From positions 62,001-126,000 of the forward strand of contig CDMY01000376.1 in NCBI GenBank assembly GCA_001179505.1: a DNA stretch of 64,000 nucleotides, read 5' to 3'. Source of the stretch: Vitrella brassicaformis CCMP3155 (taxonomy: Eukaryota; Protista; Chromerida). The notes below the pieces were generated by a model. That model saw nothing but the letters and a program-made list of their open reading frames with translations. It was not told where the DNA came from and ran no database searches. The stretch's first letter is position 1. The number at the start of each line of letters is the position of its first letter. A program made the translations under genes and the position numbers. Positions 24,447 to 36,503 of the stretch are shown in pieces.

Positions 24447-27400
24447 ATGGAGCCGTCTTCACTGCGCTTGTGGATGATGGCGCTGCTGGGCGCTGCTGCC
24501 CTCCTCAGCACAGCCTACGCGAGCCTCGAGGATCCCCACCCCTTCCCACACAAGGGCCCCTTCTTCGAGGTGACGTGACACAACACACAGCAGACAACAA
24601 GCTATCCATGTATGTCATTGATTGGTGCGCATCTGATCTGTGGTCTGATTCGATGCCTGCAGGGCTGGTACTTTCGCATCACCGTCCCTTCCCTCAACCA
24701 GTCGTTTGCGGCAGCCTTCGGCAATGTGCTGCCGGAGGGCGCCACCAAACACCCCGGTGCGACCTTTTCCCCATATACCAAAGACGGTGACCCGCCCGCG
24801 TACCTGGCGCTTCTGCACCAGCCCTCCCACCCCTCCCTCGCGGAGCCGCTGCAGCTGTATGACGCCTTCCCACCGATAGAGGGCGTGGCCATCACCCCAC
24901 AGGCATCTGTCGACCCGCCGCTCACCACACCGTCTTCAATGAGGTGGTGCGGCAATGTGGGGTGCTTCTGGACCAAGGCAGATGGCGGCACGGGGCTGGT
25001 CAACTCGACCACTCATTTCTCCTTCTCTGCGGGTGAGGTGTCGTTGGAAGGCGACCTTGGTCAGCCGGTGCCTTGGAGCAGCAGCGGCAAGGGGCCGATG
25101 GGCTGGGCTGTCGGCTTGCCCGTGCCGATTAAGTGGTTTGTTTATAGCGTCGCGTCGCCTGTGCATCGGCTGAGGTGGACGGACTCGCGCGGCACTCAGG
25201 AGCTGACGGACGGATTTGTGCACTTGGAGAAGAACTGGGGCAAAGGTGAGGTGCAGTCCGCACGCACACGCGGACACGACACGACAGCTGAGATACTTAC
25301 TTGGTGGTCTACGTGTGAAGCAATGGAATGTATCGCATCATCTGTATGTGACGTGACTGTATCAGGGTTCCCCACGCGGTACGTATGGGCGCAGTGCTAC
25401 GACCCGTCCACTGAGGCCTACTTTGCCCTCTCCTTCGGCGGCCTCGGGCAAGACGACTCGGTGCCGTCACAATCGCCATCCAATGAATCTCTGTCCGATC
25501 CAGCGGTGCCTGTATTCCTTGTGGGCTTTCGAAATCCGAAAGAGGCCGTCGCGGTCGACTTCAGGCGCGACACGGCCGTCGTGACGGCCAGCCAAGTGGC
25601 GCCGGAAGCGGGATTCTTCACACGTAAGGACACCGCGGTTTAGGGTCGCATGTCTGTGAGTGCGTTGTTTGACTGGTGTGTGCATGGCTTGCAGTGAGTT
25701 TGCGAGGCATTAGTTTGGCGAGCAGTCTGCAGGTGACAGTTCGAGCTGAGCCGAGGAGCTTCAGCAAATGGCTCAGAGGACCGGTGCCCACCGGTCAGCC
25801 GCTGCAACCAACCACACAGACACACACATGCAGATGCGTTTATGTTGGCTCGTGTCTTGCTTCCAGGTTTCCGAAAGGAGAGCTTCCAGTCGTTCTCTGC
25901 AGATGCTCGCGTCGTCTACACGTAAAGACAGCACACACGAGTGCTCGTACTCCTGTCACGTCTGTCTGTATGTGTGTGTCAGGTCTGTCGGCCGTCGGAT
26001 CCGCCCCCGGCGTCGTGGCAAGGTGGTCAGCCTCATGAGCGGCTGTGCCTTGGAGTTCGGCGGCACTTTCGCAGAGGCTCTCGCACCTCTCCCCCACGGG
26101 GGGGTGCCAGCCGCCATTGACTGCAAGGGCGTGTGGGGCGCATGGTCCGTGTGCGACAAAAACTGTGTCCGGCGGCGGACGTACCAGGTGCTCACGGAAG
26201 CACAGGGAGGGGGCAAGAAGTGCCTCCACGACGACGGCGACAGGGAGGCACAGCTGTGCACAGAGGAACAAGACTCTTCATGTGGAGAGGCAGGTGCGAA
26301 CGAGGGAGGGATGGATCAATGCCAAGGCGACACACCTGAAGGGATTCCCGTCTGTCTGTCTGTCTGTCTGCGTGTCTGTCTGCAGCTGAGTGTGAGGGCC
26401 GATGGGGCGAGTGGGGCGAGTGCGACAGCCAATGCAGGAGGACCCGCAGGTTCACGTAAGCGCAGCGATACACACACATGCCATTGGCCTCCCTCGCCCG
26501 CCCGCACGTCCGTGCGTTCTCTCTGCAGAGTGGAGGGGAACTGCCCTTCCAAGCAGCAGACTGACCAAATGCAGGTGGCCACCTGCCCGCCAGACATGTG
26601 TCAAAGCACCAAGCCGTCAGGGGGTGACCAGTTCCTCCCCAAGAGCAGCCAGGAGGGCTCTGTCACTGTCGACCTCACACTCAACGTCCAATACGGAGAG
26701 GTCGGTGAAGACACTCCATCGACCCGCCCACCCACCCACCAATCCACCCGCACTTCTCTCTTCCCCCTTCTCTCTCTGTTTGTTCAGGTGGCCGATGTGG
26801 CCACTGTGTTCACAGACACCCTGTCGAATTGCCTCAGTCAACTGACAGAGGTGCCGCGGGAGCGTCTGTCCGTCGACATGGCCACCCCGCCCCTCTCTGA
26901 GGACAACGAGGAGGACAACGTGACTGTCGAGGTGGTCATTGCCAAGGGAGACCAGCCCTCTGCAGCCGATGTGCTGGCCAAGCTGCGGGAGAGGTACGCC
27001 GAGCGGCTGAGGATGGGCCGCTTTGGCAACGACGTGCGCATCATCGGGCTGGATGGGAAGGTGCAGGCCGCCCCTGCTGCAGGTGAGCAGAGATTGGGTT
27101 GGGAGAGGGCTGGATGTGATGTGGCCTGCCCGAAACGTGCTGATGTCTTCTGTCAGCATCAGTGGGGGAACCCGTCCCTGGCGATGGCGATTCGCCCGTG
27201 CTGCCGATCGGCCTGCCAGTGATATTCGGTAGGGCCAGCGGAGCACAGCTAGGCGACCAACACCCACAATGTTCTCTGTGTGTCCATGCAGGTGTTCTTT
27301 CAGCTTTCATCATCATGGTCGCCCTAGTCTGCGGGGGCTGGTGCATGTGCCGCCGGTGCAGAGGCAAGGAGCGCCTGCTGCAGTCCGCCGATGACTCATC

Positions 27401-27747
27401 TCCCGAGGCCTCACACAGCAGCGCCACTGGATCGACAGCGAGAAAGGTCAGAAATGCGTCATTATTAGAGATGTGGTGGAATGATCCGTGTGTCTCCCAG
27501 GCTGACATGAAGTCTTGCGGGGCGCCCCAGACTGGCCAGGGGTTTGGCTATGATGGAATGAAGGTGAGCAGGACATCCCTTACACGCACAGCCAGACGAG
27601 AGACACTGTGTGTCCATGAATGCTAGGACGAAGCTGAGGATATGGGTGGCGACATATCGCTGGGCGTGGCGCCCACCCCGACGAGCCAGACGCCCAGCAG
27701 CAGGTCGGTGGTGCCCGAGGACCTCACGGCCAACCACTGTAAGTGAA
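24447..27747 (+). CDS. Type-I membrane protein: signal peptide + tocopherol-cyclase-like domain + 2 TSP1/TSR + SEA-like domain + TM + cytoplasmic tail
   Basis: PFFE|GWYFRI, WFVYSVASPV, VHLEKNWGK|GFPTRYVWAQ and CALEFGG are followed in the same exon by DCKGVWGAWSVCDKNCVRRR, then ECEGRWGEWGECDSQCRRTRR. TM VIFGVLSAFIIMVALVCGGWCMC. Exon phases are consistent up to the tail; the last codons are uncertain. Confidence 0.8.
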
Positions 27748-28278
27748 GCAATCCATCAGGCTTTCCACACACGGGACTTGTCCGTTCACATCGTGTTTGG
27801 TTTGCAGGAGCGTCGTAGGGATAATGTGATTGAGGGAGGCGTCGGGTCGGTCGCCCACTGCTGTCTGGTCTCTGTCGTTTTCTCTGTGTGTCCGAGCGTT
27901 TTGCGTTTTGCGGTGTGGTGCAAGTGTGTGTAGATCTATCTGTGGTGCTCGATACTTGTAGAGTAGACAGATGGGAAGGAAGGCGGCTGTGTGCGACTGC
28001 ATGCCATTGTGTGTGTGTGTGTGTGCACATAATGTGTATGTCTGTTTGCAATACGCGAACTAATTGACTACGTACATCGCATCACGCCTCAGGCGGGATG
28101 TAACAGTGCAGATCACTTCAGCATTCCTGCAGCATTATTCTGCTGCATACGATACGTGCCTCTGTATAGTTGAGAAACCGCTTCTGGGTCAAAGGGTTTG
28201 TTACCCTATAGCCCCACGAGAGGCCAAAGTGGCGTTTGTGGGCCTTGTCGGACAGCTGTGCGTTGACCTCAGAGCCAA

Positions 28279-29937
28279 ATGGAGCAGCCGATGCCAGTAT
28301 CACCAGACACAATAAAGGAGCCCAGCAAGGCACCAGCAGCCGACATGTCAGCCTTCCTGCCATCAGCGGGCAGGCGCCTCTTCCTCGGGTGCGTCATCCT
28401 CTTTGCCCATCTGGTGCCGCTCTACTTCGCAAAATGGGACGTGCCGTTCCTGGACAGGCTGACAGATGGGCTGCCGAGTCCGCCGGGGCAGCCGGAGGTG
28501 CGGTTGGGGTGGCATTCGGTGCTGGGTCGGTTCAGCAAGTGGCAGATAGCCTTCTTTGGCAGCGTGTTGGTGCACCAGGTGGTGTACTTTGTGCACTGCC
28601 TGCCGGGGTTCTTGTACCAGTTCGTGCCGGTCATTCAGGACGGGTGGAAAATACAGGTCTGTGTGGTGTGCACATGTGGAGAGTTAGTGTTGTGTGAGTG
28701 AGTGTGTGTGTGTGTGTGTTGGGTGATGGCAGGGTGAGAAGAAGGAGACGTTTGCTTTGCAGTGGAAGTGCTTCAAGGTGCTCATGTTCAACCAGGTACT
28801 TACTCGGTCAGTGCACGTCTCAGATCTTGTCTGTCTGTCTGTCTGTCTGTTGGGTGTGCAGTTCATCATCCAGACGCCGTTGATTGCAGGCACCTACTTC
28901 TTCACCGAAATGTTCGGAATCCCATACGAATACGAAAGACTGCCAAAATGGTACGTGTGCTGATGAACTCGTGCCACACGTACTCGTGCCATCCTCTCTC
29001 CCTGTGTGTGTGTCTGTGTGCGCATTGCAGGTACCAGTTGGTTGCGCAGGTGTTGGGTTGTGCGGTAATCGAGGACACCTGGCACTACTTTTTGCACTCG
29101 TGGCTGCACAGCAAGGGCATGTACAAACTCATCCACAAAATGCACCACGAGTTCCAGGCACCTTTCGGCATGCAGGCAAGACAAGACAAGACAAGACCAC
29201 CCACCACACACACACACACACACGTGTCTGTGTCGATGGGCGATGGATGGGGGGATGCGTGTGTGTTCGGCAGGCCGAGTATGCGCATCCTTTGGAGACT
29301 TTGATATTGGGCGGCGGGTTCTTCTTCGGCATATTGGTGTATTGCAACCACCTGGTGCTGCTCTGGGTCTGGGTCTTCTTCAGGCTGCAGGAAACTATCG
29401 AGGTAACACAGACAGACAGGGAGACAGACAGGCGGCCATGCAGACGGGAAACACGCAGGCGGCCATGATGTGCCTGTGTGTGTGTTAGGTGCACAGCGGC
29501 TATGATTTGCCGCTGTACGTCAACCCTTTTCACCTCATCCCATTCTACGGTACAGACACACACACACGCACACACGCGCACAGACACACAGACACACAGA
29601 CACGCCAATCTTGCGTGTTTGTGGAGGAATGCGTGTGTGTATGGGTGCAGGTGGAGCCCGCTTCCACGACTTCCACCACATGAACTTCACCGGCAACTAT
29701 GCCAGCACATTCACATGGTGAGTGACCACACGCCCGACACACACACTCACACACACACACACACACAGAGGGAGAGAGAGAGAGGGGGAGAGACCGACTT
29801 GGTTGTGCGTGTGGCCACTCAATATGCGTCTGTGTGTCTGTGTCTGAGTGTGTAGGTGGGATGAGCTCCTCGGCACTGACGTCCAGTACAAGAAGTACTA
29901 CGCCACCCTACAAGACAAGAGGAAGAAAGCCGAATAG
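28279..29937 (+). CDS. Sterol C4-methyl oxidase (ERG25/MSMO1/SMO; fatty acid hydroxylase superfamily)
   Basis: [71 protein letters not shown]: three His boxes and a close match to MSMO1. Confidence 0.93.
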
Positions 29938-30657
29938 ATAAAGCACTTGAAGTTTTGCCCCTCTCTCTAGCCGCCCGCCTGCCTGCCCGCTGTCCTGCAG
30001 TGAAGTCAACGCCCCATGCACGTCACGTCACGTTTTGTTCTGTATAGACCTCCCAGACAGTGAGTATTATTCCTGGTGGCCTGTTGTGCTGTGCTGTTCA
30101 GCACACACAGATACGCATCCTCATTCATGTGTTTCTCTGTTTCGTTTCTTCGTCGGTCTTTTGAGTTGCTTTGTCGTCGGACGTGGACGGATACACGAGT
30201 GTGTGGGTGTGGGTGTGGGTGTGCCTGCGTGTGTGTGCATGGGGCGCTTCGCAGAAGTGTGCACTCACCGCCATGCCATGCACACCCACACGCTCACCTC
30301 ACACACCCCTCTATTCTATCGAATGCTGTCTGTGATCAGTTTTGCCCTCTGCACTGGTTCTTGTTCGTGGGGGATTCTCTGCTGGTTGACTGCTGTGTGC
30401 GACAAGACAGAGAAAGCTCTCTGCGGCTGCATGCATTTAGGAGGCGAACGGACAACGGCCACTCATGAGTCATCCCAGATTGGTGAGCAAAACACACGCA
30501 TCGAAGGGTTTGTAGGGTATAGGGTTGCAAACCCCAGCACTATACCCTGCAAACCCCAAGCAAGATCTGCGGCCTTCCCTTCTTTTCTGGGTTGTTCGTT
30601 GTTCGTTCGTGCGGCTTCCCAGCTTCATCCTTGCTGCGGGAGCGCACCATCATCAGC

Positions 30658-31323
30658 ATGCTGTCCATCGTTAAGAACAGGGTGGTCACCGATGTGTCCA
30701 AGCAGACAGTCGAAATCCGCAAGATGGAGCTGGACTGGTACGTCACCAACTTCGGCACCCTCGCCACACAGGCAACCGTCGTCGCGGGATTCTCATTCGG
30801 CCAGCTCACCATATCCATCCCCGAGAACGTCTCCCTGCCCGCTGAGATGATCTACATCATCCTCACCTCCATGGCCATGGCGCTGGAGCTGTATGTCACC
30901 ACTGTCTGCACATTCGCCACCATCTGGGCGCCGGGCATTGCGCTGAGGGGCCCGTCGGGCTTCCGATCCGTTGCAAAGGCGATTGATGTACAAAGGCGAT
31001 TGGGAGGGAGGGAGGCAGGGAGGGAGGGCTGATGTGCGGTTGTGTTTGGTATGGCGTCTGTGGTTGGCTGAATGCAGGTGCTTCGTCGTCAGCAGAACAC
31101 GCTGCTGACGTGCTTCATGGCGGGGCTGGTGTGTTTCGTCTTGTCGAGCTTCATGGTGGTGCACATCTACGACACCAGCAGGCGGACGGCATGGGGCGCC
31201 ACATGGCTCATATTCGGATTCCTCGCGATCATACTGTACTTCGCCGCCAGGCTCACAGCACGATTCTGGCACGACCGGTGAGTGCGCATGACCCCAACCC
31301 CCTCAACACACACATGATCGGTA

Positions 31324-31357
<34 letters not shown>

Positions 31358-31617
31358 CGTGTGTGTGTGTGTTGTGCAGGGCGGCGGACAGTTCGATTCA
31401 CCCCGTGGAACACTATTACGGCGAGGTTGGTGATCTCGACAGCACGACAGTGGTGCCAAAACCGCCAGGGAGGCGCCAGACGGTCGAGAGGGGTCAGGGG
31501 CCGCTGCAGGTGGAGATGGCGGCAGGGGGACTCGAGAGAATGGGTGTGGGTGTGGGTGTGGGGGGCCGGATGGACACGGTGCCTGAAGATGTGCCCATGT
31601 CTGGGTGGCAGGGGTAG
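30658..31617 (+). CDS. Four-TM protein of the Orai-like/uncharacterised algal family
   Basis: Three exons. ELDWYVTNFGTLATQATVVAGFSF, WAPGIALRGP; four hydrophobic helices in Orai-like spacing. Confidence 0.6.
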
Positions 31618-32080
31618 GTAATTGAATTAGTGAGCTTTATCGAGGAGTGGTGTCTGTTTGTTGGTCAGTGCAGTGTGTGTACAGTTGAGGAGTGCCTTCC
31701 TTCTTCTGCATTGCATGCCATGTACACGTGAGTGAGTGAGTGAGTGCGTGGTTCGGTTCCATTTATATTACATGGTGGGTGGGTGGACCTTTCTTCTTTC
31801 TGCTTATCGACAGCTGTCTGTAAGGTAGCTAGACTTTTATGATACACATGTAACGCATAAATGTCCATCCATCCCTCGATCTGACGCCAGAAACACAGAC
31901 AAGACATCAGTCGCCTTCCTCTCTGCGTCTATATGATCTGCCTTCACTAGAGCGGCAGGTCCTCAAACTCATGTTTCTCCGCCGACTTGGTGCTGCACAC
32001 AAACAGACAGACAGACACACAGACAAACAAAATGGTTCATTCCTGTCGGTCTGCCGTCGTGCGGTGCGCGTGTGGCGTCA

Positions 32081-33310
32081 TTACTGTGGTTCAAGGAAGG
32101 TCTCGCAGAGGACATGACCCATCGCACTCGCCACGTCCATTGCGGTCTCGCCTTGCTGCACACCCACACCCACACACACACACAAGCAGCCAACAAGACG
32201 TGTGCTCATGTTGTATGAATGGCCTGCCTGTCGCTTACGAAGTTGGTCAGGTTTGCGTCAGTGCCCTTGTCAATCAATACCTTCAGGCAGTCCAGCTCTC
32301 CATTCCTTGCTGCCTCATGCAAGGCCGTGTCGCCCCACTGCACACGTCCATCCATCCATCCATCCATCCATCCACCGCTGCGCTCTCTCTGTCACCTTGT
32401 CTTTGATGTTGAGTGAGGCCCCCCTGTCTGCGAGCAGCTGAAGGGTCTCGTCGTACCCACGACGCGCCGCAAGGATCGCCGCAGTGCTTCCTGACTGCAC
32501 ACATGCCATACGCAGACGGCCAGAAACACCTAGAGAAAGCTCTCTCTCTCTCTCTCTCTCTCTCTGTCAGCTTACATCGTTGACGAGGTCCATACTGGCC
32601 CCCCTGTCGAGCAGCAGCCTCACAGCGTCAATATTGCCACCCATCACGGCACATATCAGCGCAGTCGCCCCCCACCAGTCCTTGGTCTTGTCAATGTCCA
32701 CCACATCCCTCTCCAAATAATCCTCAAGCGCCGCGACGTTGCCCTCCGTGGCCGCAAACAGATAGTTGAACGCGAAATCCTCTGGCACCTCCCCCTCTGC
32801 CCCAGGAGTCGATGCCCTTATCTCCGCCCGCCTGCGTGCATCCTCCTCAGCCACGACCGCGGCTCTCCTCCTCTGTATGAGAGCCAGAGTCTTGTCAAGC
32901 TGCAGCAGCTCTGCCTTGAGAGTCCGCCGCCTCTCCTCGGTCGCGTCTTCCTCTGACGCCAGCCTGTCCTGGTCGGTGCAATCCATGATATCCTTCTCAC
33001 TCATGAAATCGGCAAGCCTCGTCGATGGCGGCTTGGGCTGTGCGCGGCGCGACTCACGTGGGAGCCAAAGCTGCCTGACGTGTGGTGCTGGTTGCAGAGA
33101 GGGCACGAATGCGGCTCTCCGGAGTCGCATTGCAGTGCCTGAAGGGAAACGAAGATCCATCTCTCATCAGATTTGCACATCTGGTGTCAATTCGTGCAGC
33201 CATCTTTTTCGTTCCGGCGGACCTGTGGCGACGAGTACGAGTGCCATTACCAGCACCATAATCGTCACGCGGCCGTGCAGTGGCAGGGACAATGCCAGAG
33301 TGGACATCAT
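32081..33310 (-). CDS. Ankyrin-repeat protein (about 4 repeats) with a bipartite plastid-type leader
   Basis: Signal MMSTLALSLPLHGRVTIMVLVMALVLVAT, phase-1 intron, then AAFVP. WGATALICAVMGGNIDAVRLLL, GSTAAILAARRG, WGDTALHEAARNG, QGETAMDVA. Confidence 0.82.
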
Positions 33311-33500
33311 TTGGCAGCGGTTTTGCGTGATTCATTCATCGCTCGAGAAGATCCACAGATCTCGTAGCTGCTGGGGCCACCGCGTGTGCCTTTCTCTCGT
33401 AGTCGCGAGATAAGCTCGCAGATCTCCCGTCGATCGCCTTCTTGAAGAGGAAGCACGACAAGTTGAGGCCTTTCAGCAGCTTCCTGATGCTCTCATTGTG

Positions 33501-34641
33501 ATGGCGAGGCGTTTCCGTGACTTTGGAATCGCTCCTTGGCTCGTGAGTGCGTGTGAGAGCCTCAACCTCACCACTCCCACGCCCATCCAGCAGAAAGCCA
33601 TCCCTCTGATCCTCAAGGGCAACGACCTGATCGGGACGGCACCCACCGGCAGCGGCAAGACTGCTGCGTACTGCTTGCCCATCCTCCACCACCTCTCGGC
33701 TGACCCCTATGGCGTCTATTGCCTCGTCCTGGTGCCAGCAAGGGAGCTGGCCTTCCAAATAGCGGACCATTTCTCGGCCCTTGGGGCGCCCATGCGTGCT
33801 GTGGTCAAGGTGGTGGTGGGCGGGATGGACATGCTCACACAGAGCACTGCGCTCGCTAACAGGCCACATGTGGTACGGTGGCTGAGTGGATGGGAGGGGA
33901 GGGTGATAGTGGCGTGTATGTGTGTGTGTGTGTCAGGTTGTTGCGACGCCTGGTCGTCTGGCTGACCACCTGAAGAACCCAGAAGGGTCAGCAAAGCAGG
34001 TCTTCAAGCAACTCAAAGTGAGCCGCACACACACACACACACGTGCCTTCACCAACACACTGTATATTTCTCTGTGTGTGGATGCAGGTGTTGGTATTGG
34101 ATGAGGCAGATCGGCTGCTGGCCAAGTGCTTCGAGCCAGACCTCAGTGTGGTAACCACATCACCACGAACACTGATGCGTTTGTTGCGAGTGCCCTCACG
34201 CCTGCCAGTCTGTCTGGCGTCATGGCATGTATGTCAGATCTTGGAGGCCATTTGTCCGCGCAGCCAGGGCCGGCAGACCCTCCTCTTCTCAGCCACGGTG
34301 ACCGAGAGCATCAAGCAGATGCGCCACCTATTCTCAGAGGACAAAATGCCACTCGTCAACGCACACGGGGCAGATGGGGCGGACGGTGAGGGTGATGACG
34401 ATGCGGCCGGGGAGGTGCCGGTGAAGCATCTGCAGCAGCGGTATGTGTTTCTGCCGTCGACCTTCTCGGTGCGGCTGGCGTACCTGCGGCACATAGTGGA
34501 TGAGCAGCTGGGGGCGATGGAGAGGGAGGGCCACCCGCACGGACAGGGGATCGTGTTTGTCGCCACTTGCGAGTGAGTCAGAGAGATAGATGCAGGGAAG
34601 AGGCAGGGATAGATGGAGCGATGGATGGCTCATTTCTGCAT

Positions 34642-34683
<42 letters not shown>

Positions 34684-35388
34684 TGTCTGTCTGTGTGTGT
34701 GCTTGATTGATGCATTCATTCAATGCTCTGCAGGACATGTCAGCTCTTGACGACCACTCTTGAGCATTTGGGTGTGTCGGTGACGGCGCTCCACTCACTC
34801 CAGAACCAAAGACGGCGAGTCGCCTCACTCGGTCAGCCAGCCACCCACCCCACCCAGCCCAGCCATCATGGCATGTGTATGTGTATGTGTGTGTGTATGT
34901 GCGCCTCAGGCAAGTTCCGCAGCGGCGTGTCACGGATTCTGATATCGACCGACGTCGGCAGCCGCGGCCTGGACCTTCCCAAAGTTGGCTTCATCGTCAA
35001 CTTCGACCTCCCCCACCTGACCGACGCTGCCGCCACCTACCTGCACCGAGTGGGCCGCACAGCACGCGCAGGCCGCCAGGGGCTCGCCGTATCCTTCGTC
35101 ACGGAGCGGCCGAGAGACGTGGCTGCCGTCCACGCCATCGAGGCCAAGATTGGGAAGCAGCTGCATGCGCATGAGACTAACGAAGATGAGGTGCTGAAGG
35201 GCCTTGGGAAGGTGTCCAAGGCGGTCAACAAGGCGCAGCTGCTGCTGAGTGAGGTGGGGTTCGATCAGAAGGTGGAGGAGAGAAAGAAGAAGCGCAAGAG
35301 AGGAGAGGGGCAGGGGCAGACGGCCAACGGTGACGACGCCGACAAGGCGAGAAGGGTGGGTAGGCAGGGAGGGGAGACGGCCTCTTGA
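33501..35388 (+). CDS. DBP8: DEAD-box RNA helicase DBP8/DDX49 (18S rRNA biogenesis)
   Basis: Q motif [67 protein letters not shown]. Confidence 0.9.
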
Positions 35389-35462
35389 AGATGCCGATGG
35401 ATGCTTAGGCTCTCTGCATATTGTGTGTGTGAGTAATGGACTTACTGTGGATACTTCCATGA

Positions 35463-36503
35463 ATGCTGTCCAGAGAGCCAATGACTCCTTTCCATTGCCG
35501 ATCGGCGGCCGCTCGTTTGGCGGTGGTGGACTGCCGATCGGCGGCCCTCATTGCCAACCGGCGACCCCGCCGAATTTACGATGCACTTTTTGTCCCTTTG
35601 GCGGTAGCATTATGCCCCGATTCAAACAATCGGATGAGTATTAGGGCATCGAGCGTAGCAAAGGCAAGAAGGATTTCCTGATGAACAAGGACCTCCGCGT
35701 ACCCAACCGCACACCACCACACCCACCCCCCTCACTCACACACGTCTGTGCGTTTGTGTGTGCGTGTATGCCTTCCTTCCTTCCTTCTTTCTTTTCCCCC
35801 TCCCCCTGTGTGTGCGTGCAGTTCTCCGTCAAATTCCGCAGCGACGACATCGATGGGGGCAGATGGCAGCGCGGCCGGAAGCGATGGCTGTTTTTCGAGC
35901 GGCACGGCAACGCCACTAGGGGGTATGGGACGCTGCAGAGCGAGTCGGGCATCGCCAAGAACAAAGTGATCCGGTACGAAAGCCACACGGGTGCATGCAT
36001 TCCAATAGTACACCAACGCACCCTGCATTTCACGCGTTTGCAGGTTCTCATGGAAGTGGAAGGAGGTATGCACGCCATGGATGGAATGGTGGCATGCCAT
36101 GTGCCGACCGACAGGTGCTGTTGGTGATGGTTGCGTTGTTTGTGTGGGTCACTGCAGGATTGGAAGAACTGCATCGTGTTCAAAGGGCGCCACGTACGAA
36201 TGTCCATTTATCCATGCAAGGAAGGACCCAGGCGTATGTGTGCAGGTTGAGGGCAAGATGTGGGTTGAGAGCAATCAGACCGGCCGCATCTTCCGCCGTA
36301 TGGGCGACTGGACCGTCACCAGAAAGGGGGAAGAGGAAGAGGTCACACACACCCACCCACTCTCTCTCTCACACGCACACGCACACTCACACACTCACAG
36401 AGACACGAACCCATGACGCATGCATGTGTGGATGTGTGCAGGTGGTGACGAAGGGCGATGACCTGATCGCGAAGGACAACGACCTCGGCTTCATCGTACG
36501 ATA
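35463..36503 (+). CDS. Small multi-exon protein of unknown function; Arg-rich N-terminus may be an organellar presequence
   Basis: Phase-consistent exons FSVKFRSDDIDGGRWQRG...KVIR|FSWKWKE|DWKNCIVFKGRH|VEGKMWVE...EEEE|VVTKGDD...GFIVR*. First exon uncertain. Confidence 0.55.
35496..35546. repeat. Direct repeat TGCCGATCGGCGGCC x2 (35496-35510, 35532-35546) containing the palindrome GCCGATCGGC
   Basis: Read directly from the sequence. Confidence 0.8.

Noticed and set aside
3231-27747. ABC1K kinase and a tocopherol-cyclase-like gene in one window as a plastoglobule/tocopherol cluster (plant ABC1K1/3 regulate VTE1)
   Set aside because: They are about 17 kb and six genes apart. The kinase looks like the ABC1K7/8 type, and the cyclase-like domain is on a secretory type-I membrane protein rather than a plastid enzyme.
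24447-27747. Calling the TSR protein a true TRAP/MIC2 ortholog
   Set aside because: No vWA domain, no sub-terminal Trp in the tail and no clear rhomboid AGG motif; only the chassis is similar.
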